Origin: an uncultured Lentisphaeraceae bacterium | GTDB lineage: Bacteria > Verrucomicrobiota > Kiritimatiellia > RFP12 > UBA1067 | Length of the DNA: 42,673 bases | Reading direction: 5' to 3' | Assembly: GCA_964428885.1 (NCBI GenBank) | Contig: CAYRZP010000003.1 | Coordinates: 1-42,673 of the forward strand | In this document: piece by piece, positions 33,354-42,673 of the stretch | How the letters are laid out: each line of letters starts with the position of its first letter | Position numbering within the stretch: position 1 is the first letter of the stretch | The notes under the pieces: model-generated | What the model saw: only the letters and a program-made list of their open reading frames with translations | Told to the model about the DNA's origin: nothing | Database searches by the model: none | Position numbers and translations under genes: made by a program

Positions 33354-34405
33354 CGAACCATCCCCAACTTCTCCCTTGCCGCATTGTCAAAAACCGCAGG
33401 CGCACGCTGCAGCGTCCCCAGGTCGTAACGCGGCAGCAGGTCGCGCAGTCCCAGTTCCTCGCCGCAGGCAGCCCAGCCGCACCACCATGCCAGCAGGCCG
33501 ATCACACGCTCCGGCGACAGGCCGGATTCCCGCAGCGCCGCTATGCGCGTGTCGCCGTGGCGCTTGGCCAGGCGCTTGCCGTCCGCGCCGACCACCAGCG
33601 GAACATGCGTGAAGGCAGGCGGCGTCAGGCCCAGTGCGCGATATAAAAGCAGTTGGCGCGGCGTGGCCTCCAGCAGGTCGTCGCCGCGCAAAACTTCCGT
33701 GACGCCCATCGCCGCGTCGTCCACCACCACCGCCAGCATGTAGCCGGCGCCCAGCGGATCACGCGCCAGCACGAAATCGCCGCAGGCCGCCGCCACATCC
33801 TGCGTGAACCTTCCGCAAAAGCCGTCATCAAAACTGACAGCCGCACCCTGATCCGCCCGGAAGCGCCAGGCCGGCAGCCGCCCCTCGGGCAACGCGCCAC
33901 GCGCCGCCGCATAGTCGGAGAAACGGCCGCGGCAGGTGCCGGGATAGAAAAGAACCTCACCGGCATGAGGCGCGGACTGACCGGCCTCCACATCCCGCCT
34001 CGCGCAGACACAGGGGTAAACCAGCCCCGCCTCCCGCAGACGTTCCAGCGCCTGCGCATAAAGCTCTTTGCGCGCGCTCTGCACATACGGCGCGCAGGGG
34101 CCTCCCACGTCCGGCCCCTCGTCCCAATCAAAGCCCAGCCAGCGCAGATCACGCAAGGCCGACTCAGCCGCGCCAGCCTTGTTCTTGGGATGGTCCAGAT
34201 CCTCCACGCGCATCACCAGCGTACCCCCGCGGCTGCGCACGCTGAGCCACGCCAGCATAAACGAGCGCGCGTTGCCCAGATGCAAAGCGCCGGTCGGACT
34301 GGGCGCCAGACGCCCCCGCACCGCCGGCCCCAATGCCCCGCCCGGCACTGAATCTGCCCTGTCTCCCGTCATGTGCCCATCATATCCGCGACCGACCCGG
34401 AACAA
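33350..34405 (-). CDS. gluQ: tRNA glutamyl-Q(34) synthetase (truncated GluRS paralogue)
   Basis: It has the class I HIGH region (APSPTGALHLGNARSF), VEDLD, and a KMSKS-like KRLAKRHG motif. It is ~300-350 aa with no anticodon-binding domain. An alternative start lies at 34372. Confidence 0.75.
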   Translation of the reverse strand: MFRVGRGYDGHMTGDRADSVPGGALGPAVRGRLAPSPTGALHLGNARSFMLAWLSVRSRGGTLVMRVEDLDHPKNKAGAAESALRDLRWLGFDWDEGPDVGGPCAPYVQSARKELYAQALERLREAGLVYPCVCARRDVEAGQSAPHAGEVLFYPGTCRGRFSDYAAARGALPEGRLPAWRFRADQGAAVSFDDGFCGRFTQDVAAACGDFVLARDPLGAGYMLAVVVDDAAMGVTEVLRGDDLLEATPRQLLLYRALGLTPPAFTHVPLVVGADGKRLAKRHGDTRIAALRESGLSPERVIGLLAWWCGWAACGEELGLRDLLPRYDLGTLQRAPAVFDNAAREKLGMVR

Positions 34406-34457
34406 AAGCCGAAAAACAGCCGTCAGTTTACCTTGCGCCTCAATGACTTACGGAAAA

Positions 34458-34505
34458 CCACAAAATGTTGTGGACATCCTTTGCCGCAGCCACTATATAT
34501 AGAAC
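34458..34505 (+). promoter_or_regulatory. Tandem NrdR boxes in the promoter region of the ribonucleotide reductase gene
   Basis: Box 1 is CCACAAAATGTTGTGG (34458-34473, near-palindrome). Box 2 is CCACTATATATAGAAC (34490-34505). Both fit the 16-bp acaCwAtATaTwGtgt consensus, and their centres are 32 bp apart, about three helical turns as is typical of NrdR operators. Confidence 0.6.
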
Positions 34506-34580
34506 CCGGTTGGCCGATACGGATCGGCCGCTGAGCGCGTTTGATTTTAATTTTTGTCTTTTATTTTATCGGATCCCGAA

Positions 34581-36815
34581 ATGAGCATCGAATCTTTGCA
34601 GAACTACGTTTTCACTTCCAAATACAGCCGCTACATACCTGAAAAGCTGCGGCGTGAAACCTTTGACGAGGCGGTCGAGCGGGTGATAGACATGCACCGC
34701 CGCCATTTTGCGGCCAAAGGACTTGAGATAGAGGACCTGCTTTCTGTGTGCGAGCGGGCGATCAAGCGCCGCATGGTGCTCGGCAGCCAGCGCGCCATGC
34801 AGTTCGGCGGCGACCCGATCCTGCGCAAAAACGCCCGCATCTACAACTGCACCACCTCTTACTGCGACCGCCCGCGCTTTTTCCAGGAGGCCCTGTGGCT
34901 GCTGCTCTGCGGCTGCGGAGTCGGATTCTCGGTACAGCGGCACCACATCGACAAACTGCCCGGCATCGCCACGCCGGGCTGCGGCAGCGCCACTTTCGCG
35001 ATCCCCGACACGATCGAGGGCTGGGCCGACGCGCTGGGCGCCCTGCTCTCGACCTATTTCGTGGCGGACCGCCCCTTCCCCGAGTTCGCGGGCCAGACCG
35101 TGCAGTTCGACTATTCGCAGATCAGGCCCAAAGGCCGCCCCATCTCATCCGGCATGGGCCGCGCGCCCGGCCCGGAACCGCTGCGCCGCAGTCTGGAGAA
35201 AATCCGCAGGCTGCTCGACCAGCGGGTCGCCGAAGGCCACAAGCGCATGCGCTCGGTCGATGCCTACGACATCCTTATGCACGCCTCGGACGCGGTGCTC
35301 TCGGGCGGCGTGCGGCGCAGCGCCACCATCTGCCTCTTTTCTCCAGACGACGATTTGATGGCCACCGCCAAGACCGGCAACTGGTTCACCGAAAACCCGC
35401 AGCGCGCGCGCTCTAACAATTCGGCGGTGCTGCTGCGCGACCGGACCACCCGCGAGCAGTTCGCAAAGCTCATGAAGTCCGTCAAGGAGTTTGGCGAGCC
35501 GGGGTTCGTCTGGACCGACCACCTCGACATGACCTTCAACCCGTGCGGCGAGATCGGCCTTTATCCGCAGATCGACGGACAGACCGGATTCGCCTTTTGT
35601 AACCTGTGCGAGATCAACATGCGGGCGGTCAACAACGCCGAACAGTTCCGCGAGGCCAGCACGGCCGCCGCCATCCTGGGCACACTGCAGGCCGACTACA
35701 CCGATTTCGGCTATCTCGGCGAGACCAGCACCCGCATCGCGCGGCGCGAGGCCCTGCTTGGCATATCCATGACCGGCATGATGGAACATCCCGCCGTGGC
35801 CTTCAACCCTAAACTGCAGCGCGAGATGGCGGTCTGCATCCTCGAAGTCAACGAGAAGGTAGCCGCACGCATCGGCATCAACCCTTGCGCACGCGCCACC
35901 TGCGTCAAGCCCGCCGGCACCACCAGCAGCATCCTCGGCACCTCCTCCGGCATCCACCCGCACCACGCCAAACGTTATTTCCGGCGCGCGCAGGCCAACG
36001 AGGACGAACTGCTGGTGGATTTCTTCAAGGCCCAAAATCCGATGGCCGTCGAAAAGTCAGTCTGGAACCCCAACGGCACCGATGTGGTGCTGACCTTCTG
36101 TGTTGAGGCCAGCCCAGACTCGCTGACCAAACGTGACGTGGACGCCGTGGAGCTGCTGTGCAAGGTCAAACTCACCAAGGAGAATTGGATCGACGCCGGC
36201 AAGCGCACCGAGCTTTGCGCCCAGCCCTGGCTCAGCCACAACGTTTCAAACACGATCTCGGTCAAGGATGGCGAGTGGGAACATGTCGAAGCCTTCATCT
36301 TCGAACACCGCCACGCTTTCGCCGGCGTCTCGCTGCTGCCGGACGGCGGCGACCTGGACTATCCGCAGGCGCCCTTCTGCGAGGTTCTCACCGCGTCCGA
36401 GATCGTCGAGACCTACGGGGTGGGAGCCCTGCTGGCGTCCGGCCTGATCGTCGACGGCCTGCACGCCTTCGACGACAACCTCTGGGCCGCCTGCGACTGC
36501 GCTCTCGGGCGCGGGGAGAACCTCGACGATGAAACCTCGAAAACGTTTCCAAAACGGGTTTTCGAAGCCATCGAGAACGTACGCAAAGCTAAAAACGACT
36601 GGGTGCGGCGCGCCCACAAGTTCGCGCATAACTACTTCGGCGGCGACATACTCAAAATGACGCGCTGCCTCAAACGCGTCAACGCCTGCAAGCAGTGGGA
36701 AGACTTGACCCGCACTTACCTGCCCGTGGATTACACCAAGCTGGTCGAACGCCAGGACAACACGACTGTCACGCAGACCGTGGCATGCGCCGGAGGAAAA
36801 TGCGAGTTGATCTGA
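34581..36815 (+). CDS. nrdJ: Adenosylcobalamin-dependent ribonucleoside-triphosphate reductase (monomeric class II RNR, L. leichmannii type)
   Basis: Block-by-block resemblance to my recollection of the L. leichmannii RTPR: GCGVGFSV, VRRSATICLFSPDD, RARSNNSAV, FGEPGFVW, NPCGEIGL, FCNLCEI, and the C-terminal redox pair CAGGKCELI. An alternative TTG start lies at 34554. Confidence 0.8.
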   Translation: MSIESLQNYVFTSKYSRYIPEKLRRETFDEAVERVIDMHRRHFAAKGLEIEDLLSVCERAIKRRMVLGSQRAMQFGGDPILRKNARIYNCTTSYCDRPRFFQEALWLLLCGCGVGFSVQRHHIDKLPGIATPGCGSATFAIPDTIEGWADALGALLSTYFVADRPFPEFAGQTVQFDYSQIRPKGRPISSGMGRAPGPEPLRRSLEKIRRLLDQRVAEGHKRMRSVDAYDILMHASDAVLSGGVRRSATICLFSPDDDLMATAKTGNWFTENPQRARSNNSAVLLRDRTTREQFAKLMKSVKEFGEPGFVWTDHLDMTFNPCGEIGLYPQIDGQTGFAFCNLCEINMRAVNNAEQFREASTAAAILGTLQADYTDFGYLGETSTRIARREALLGISMTGMMEHPAVAFNPKLQREMAVCILEVNEKVAARIGINPCARATCVKPAGTTSSILGTSSGIHPHHAKRYFRRAQANEDELLVDFFKAQNPMAVEKSVWNPNGTDVVLTFCVEASPDSLTKRDVDAVELLCKVKLTKENWIDAGKRTELCAQPWLSHNVSNTISVKDGEWEHVEAFIFEHRHAFAGVSLLPDGGDLDYPQAPFCEVLTASEIVETYGVGALLASGLIVDGLHAFDDNLWAACDCALGRGENLDDETSKTFPKRVFEAIENVRKAKNDWVRRAHKFAHNYFGGDILKMTRCLKRVNACKQWEDLTRTYLPVDYTKLVERQDNTTVTQTVACAGGKCELI

Positions 36816-36915
36816 CGCGCGGCCGCAGAGCAAAAGCCATGGCGGGCCGGACTCCGTCACAACCGCGCGAACTTGCCTCCGCTAGCATTAGCCGAAGGGG
36901 TCGCAAGCAGCCCCA

Positions 36916-37491
36916 TCAGTCAAAGAGTTTTGCCGCGGCCTGCTGGAAATCCTGCCGCAAACGCGACGCGTCACCGTTGGCGAAGTTCGCGCGCTGCACC
37001 ATCAGCACATAAGCGGCTTTTTTCACGGGGTCGATCCACGCCTGCGTCCCGTACAGCCCGCCATGTCCGTACGTGCCGGGCGACAACATGCCTGTCACGC
37101 CCTGCGGCTCGCGGACGATGCCGACCCCCAGCCCCCACCCGTTCCCGGGCGTGAACCCTGTCTTGAGTTCGCCGCTCTGCACCGTTGACAACTCCTTGAC
37201 CGAAGCCGGCTTCAGGCAGCACTTGCCCGCATATGTCCCGCCGTTCAGCAGCATCTGGCAAAACCGGGCATAATCCGCCGCTGTTGAATACAGTCCCCCG
37301 TTCGCGGCCGGATAACGCCGCTCACCACGCACATAGCCGTAGAGATCCGGGACAGCCGCAATTTTGAATTTTCCCTCTTCAACCCGGTAAGCCTGCGCCA
37401 TGCGCGCGATCTGCGCTTGCGCGGGATAGAAGGTCGTATCTTTCATGCCCAGCGGATCGAAAAACCGTTCCTTTGAATTTTGATCCGTCAT
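36916..37491 (-). CDS. Beta-lactamase-family serine hydrolase, C-terminal half only (probable truncated remnant)
   Basis: FDPLGMKDTTF, GGLYSTAADYARFCQMLLNGG and GHGGLYGTQAWIDP are mid-to-C-terminal blocks of the PF00144-type fold. The N-terminal ~170 aa carrying SxxK and YxN are absent. An in-frame TAG lies 18 nt upstream of the ATG. Confidence 0.55.
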   Translation of the reverse strand: MTDQNSKERFFDPLGMKDTTFYPAQAQIARMAQAYRVEEGKFKIAAVPDLYGYVRGERRYPAANGGLYSTAADYARFCQMLLNGGTYAGKCCLKPASVKELSTVQSGELKTGFTPGNGWGLGVGIVREPQGVTGMLSPGTYGHGGLYGTQAWIDPVKKAAYVLMVQRANFANGDASRLRQDFQQAAAKLFD

Positions 37492-37575
37492 GCTTACCTC
37501 ACTTGACTAACCCAGTATGGTTTTGTCAATTTGCCGGCGATTGTACAATCTGCCTGACCAAGCCGCAAAAGCTCT

Positions 37576-37593
37576 GCCGGGACAAGACCCGGC
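37576..37593 (-). terminator. Hairpin downstream of the GH2 gene (weak terminator candidate)
   Basis: On the minus strand, GCCGGG-TCTTGT-CCCGGC is followed by AGAGCTTTTGCGG. Confidence 0.35.
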
Positions 37594-37640
37594 TCGCTAA
37601 AGCAGACAACTCCCCAATCCGCCGAAAGGAAACGAGACAA

Positions 37641-39902
<2,262 letters not shown>

Positions 39903-40058
39903 ATGCCCCTTCCCTGCACGGCTCCTGCCTGTACCCCCAATGCGTAAAACAAGCGAGACCGCCGCATGACCTTCGCGAATCGTTTGCGAGGAAATTATCA
40001 CATTACGTGAATCAGATCAAGGTTAGCCGCATGATCGTCATCATTCCATCATTTCTTC

Positions 40059-40072
40059 TGCGTTGCAACGCA
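40059..40072. promoter_or_regulatory. Perfect 14-bp palindrome TGCGTTGCAACGCA between the two GH2 genes (candidate operator)
   Basis: The sequence is exactly self-complementary. It lies ~160 bp upstream of the downstream GH2 start (39902) and 65 bp after the upstream GH2 stop (40137). Confidence 0.3.
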
Positions 40073-40136
40073 ATGAAAACGCGCCGCGCCAATGCTGGCA
40101 TGGGCTTTTTAATCCGGATAATACACGCACATGACC

Positions 40137-42673
40137 TTACGGCCGACCGTCGCGCAACGTCAAGACTAGCGTCGGATCGAGCGGATAGCGCCCGAACCGC
40201 TCGCCGTACACCGCCAGCCCCGCCGCCAAGGCCTCGTCCGCCTCGAGCCGCACCGTCATAAAACTGTCTTTCTCCGCCTGCGCCAGCAACGGCTGCGGAA
40301 TCGTCACAGACACCAAATATCCGTAGGAGCCGGACTCCGCAAGCGTGCCGTCCTTTTTCTGAGCCTGCCATGAGAGAATGCCGCGGTGGTCGGCCGGATC
40401 ATCGGGCAGGTCGATGATCCCGATCACGCGGCCGCCCACGCTCACACGCACCGCGCCCGCGTGGCGGTAACCGTCGGTCATCGGATACGAATTGGGATTC
40501 CGGCTCGGATCTAGTGTGCCCAAACCGCGCATGTAGTCACCGTCCATGTCGGCTGCGTCCGCGGCATCCTTGCCGTTCAGGCGCTTGGCCGAAAGTTCCG
40601 CCATGAACGCGGCGCTGCTCACGTCTTCGGCGCGCAGGCCAGCAGGCCACGGCAGGCGGTATTCGAAAAAGCCTTTGCCCGTCCCGTTGACCTTGAGACC
40701 GCCCAGCACCTCCCACTGCTTAAGGGACCACGCCGACGCCGTAAACGCCTTGGGCGCCGCGCGCACCACCTGCACCGCCGCGCCGCCGCGTGCGAGGCGC
40801 GCCTGGCGCGGCTGCTCGCCGTCACGCACCACGAACGTCGTGAAGTTACGCGCCAAGACACAGCCGGCCGCATCTTCCAGCCACGCCGCCACGACACACA
40901 CCGACGGCTCCGCAGGCAGCGTGATCTCCAGCGGATCCAAAGGGCCGCACTGCCAAGCGTTGCTCATCACGTCGAGCGCCGTCCCGACAGGCGCCACACG
41001 CTCGGAGCCGAACGCGTCCCAGCTCCGCAGCGAGGCGCGCAGAACCAGACGTTGCCCGGCATAACGGTCGGTCAAGGCCGAAAGATACAAGGGCACCGAC
41101 ACCGTGGCGCCGGGCCGCTCTTCGCGGCACAGCTCTTTGCCGACGGCCACGTAGAGGTCGCCGTGCCAATCGCGCAGTGTCATCCCCGGCAAAAGTTCCC
41201 CGATACCCGTGAATTTTTCGGACCGGTCGAATTTCCAATAGCCGTTCCATTCATTGATCACGTCGTGGTGTTCGGTGTAGAGCCAGCCGCAGCACTGAGG
41301 GTGACGGCGGAAAGCATCCATCATCAGATGGTAATCCCAGCTCCAATCCACATCGCCGGTGCTGCGCTTGTACCCCCATACATTGCCGCACTCGCTGTTC
41401 ATCATCGGCTCGCGCCCCTGCTTACGGCCGCCGATATAGTTCCACGTCGAGCCGGGAAAGGTGTTCTTGCAGGCATTCTGCAACTCTTCCTCCCACTTGT
41501 ATCCCGGGCGGTAACCGTGCCAACTGTTGATATCGGTCACCACGTGATCGTGATTGCAGGCCGAGTTGTCCTCGACCAGACGGGACGCGTCAAGCGACTT
41601 AGCGAGCTTGAACATCGAGGCGACCCACTCCTGCGTTTCGGGCAGGTAGATCGGCTTGTCCGCTTTGTCCTTTGTGCTTAGCCCCCAAGTCTCATTGAAG
41701 ATCACCCAACTGAAGACGCAGGGATGGTTCATGTCGCGCTCGATCATGCCGCGCAGCGCGACCTCGGCCTCGGCGCGCATGGCGGCATCAGGCTCGCCCC
41801 AACTGTTCGGCACATCGGCCATGATCAGCAGCCCCAGGCGGTCTGCCCAGTAAAGTTTACGCGGCACCTCGACCTTGATGTGGATACGCTGTCCGTTCAG
41901 GCCGATCGACCGGCTGCGCAGAATCTCGTCGCGCATGAAGGCATCAGTCGGGAAGGTATAAAAACCTTCCGGGTGATAGCTCTGATCCAGCGCGAGCTTG
42001 AGGTAGAGCGGCTTGTTGTTGAGCGCGATGTAGGGATGCCCTAACCCCGGCAGATCCGCCACGCTGATCTTGCGCATGCCGAAGTAAGTGGCGACCGTGT
42101 CGGTCTTGCCGCCGCAAGCGAGCGTGGCGGTCACTTCATACAGATAGGGGTCATCCAGCGACCACAGCCGCGCGCCGGGGAGGGGCACGTCCAGTTCGAA
42201 CGCCTGCTGCCCTCGGGCGATATCGGCCACGGCCGGCGCGGCGCGGTCGCCGGGTTTGAACGCGAGCGTGAAGCGGGCGGTCGCCGGCGCCGGCGCGTTG
42301 AGCCGGGCTTTGACCCTAACACAGCCGACATCAATATCAGGCACGAGATGAATGCGTTCAAACGCCGTTTCCGCGCGCGCCTCCAGATAAACGGTCTGCC
42401 ACATGCCGCGCACATCGCCGTAGCCCTGCTTGCCCGAGAGCTTAAAATCGTGCGGCGAATCATCGACGCGCAGCACGAGGACCTGCTCCTCGCCCCACTT
42501 CACTTGGTCGGTCAGGTCGAAGGCAAAGGGCGTATAGCCCCCCTGATACACGCCAACTTTCTTGCCGTCGAGCCAACCGGTCGTATGCCAGTCGCTCGCG
42601 CCAACCACGAGAAAGACGCGCTGGCCGCGCCATGCGTCGGGCACCTTCAGCGCGCGGCGGTACCAGCCGATGT
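40137..42673 (-). CDS. Glycoside hydrolase family 2 protein, 5' end outside window
   Basis: It contains WRGQRVFLVVGASDWHTTGWLDGKKVGVYQGGYTPFAFDLTD and VFSWVIFNETWGL. The reading frame stays open to the window edge, where upstream codons read IGWYRRALKVPDAW (a typical GH2 motif), so the Met at 42644 is not the true start. Confidence 0.8.
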   Translation of the reverse strand, partial: IGWYRRALKVPDAWRGQRVFLVVGASDWHTTGWLDGKKVGVYQGGYTPFAFDLTDQVKWGEEQVLVLRVDDSPHDFKLSGKQGYGDVRGMWQTVYLEARAETAFERIHLVPDIDVGCVRVKARLNAPAPATARFTLAFKPGDRAAPAVADIARGQQAFELDVPLPGARLWSLDDPYLYEVTATLACGGKTDTVATYFGMRKISVADLPGLGHPYIALNNKPLYLKLALDQSYHPEGFYTFPTDAFMRDEILRSRSIGLNGQRIHIKVEVPRKLYWADRLGLLIMADVPNSWGEPDAAMRAEAEVALRGMIERDMNHPCVFSWVIFNETWGLSTKDKADKPIYLPETQEWVASMFKLAKSLDASRLVEDNSACNHDHVVTDINSWHGYRPGYKWEEELQNACKNTFPGSTWNYIGGRKQGREPMMNSECGNVWGYKRSTGDVDWSWDYHLMMDAFRRHPQCCGWLYTEHHDVINEWNGYWKFDRSEKFTGIGELLPGMTLRDWHGDLYVAVGKELCREERPGATVSVPLYLSALTDRYAGQRLVLRASLRSWDAFGSERVAPVGTALDVMSNAWQCGPLDPLEITLPAEPSVCVVAAWLEDAAGCVLARNFTTFVVRDGEQPRQARLARGGAAVQVVRAAPKAFTASAWSLKQWEVLGGLKVNGTGKGFFEYRLPWPAGLRAEDVSSAAFMAELSAKRLNGKDAADAADMDGDYMRGLGTLDPSRNPNSYPMTDGYRHAGAVRVSVGGRVIGIIDLPDDPADHRGILSWQAQKKDGTLAESGSYGYLVSVTIPQPLLAQAEKDSFMTVRLEADEALAAGLAVYGERFGRYPLDPTLVLTLRDGRP

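Noticed and set aside
34406-34580. Expected cobalamin riboswitch upstream of the B12-dependent RNR
   Set aside because: No B12-box-like sequence is visible. The ~175-bp region is already largely taken by the NrdR boxes, the promoter and a T-rich tract. An Infernal scan would be needed for certainty.

Overview
GC-rich, gene-dense chromosomal segment from a Gram-negative bacterium. The gene content (many Tat-signal Gfo/Idh/MocA oxidoreductases, GH2 hydrolases, a LamG/BNR exoprotein) suggests a PVC-type lineage such as Verrucomicrobia, Lentisphaerae, Kiritimatiellia or Planctomycetes. I call 28 protein-coding genes, 25 on the minus strand, plus one tRNA. Housekeeping blocks are ispE / tRNA-Gln / prs, bamA-skp-lpxD, htrA, gluQ, and a monomeric B12-dependent ribonucleotide reductase preceded by tandem NrdR boxes. 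Between them lie envelope and carbohydrate genes: Tat-exported oxidoreductases with a xylose-isomerase-fold partner, an aldo/keto reductase, an esterase, two GH2 hydrolases and a FadL-like porin. I found no CRISPR array, transposase, integrase, reverse transcriptase or recognisable defence system. The candidates for unexplored biology, all by inference only, are: (1) a large YacP/Rae1-type NYN RNase with a ~450-aa coiled-coil N-terminus, packed next to a two-lobed RsmC/RlmG-like methyltransferase inside a six-gene co-directional array that starts with a translationally coupled DUF2339-DUF3999 pair; (2) a membrane-anchored Hanks-type pseudokinase with nearly every catalytic residue substituted; (3) an 811-aa HerA/FtsK-like P-loop ATPase with a long unassigned C-terminal extension, downstream of an M23 lipoprotein peptidase; (4) a 411-bp comparatively AT-rich, highly structured non-coding spacer between lpxD and htrA. 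Family names rest on motif recognition by eye, not database searches.
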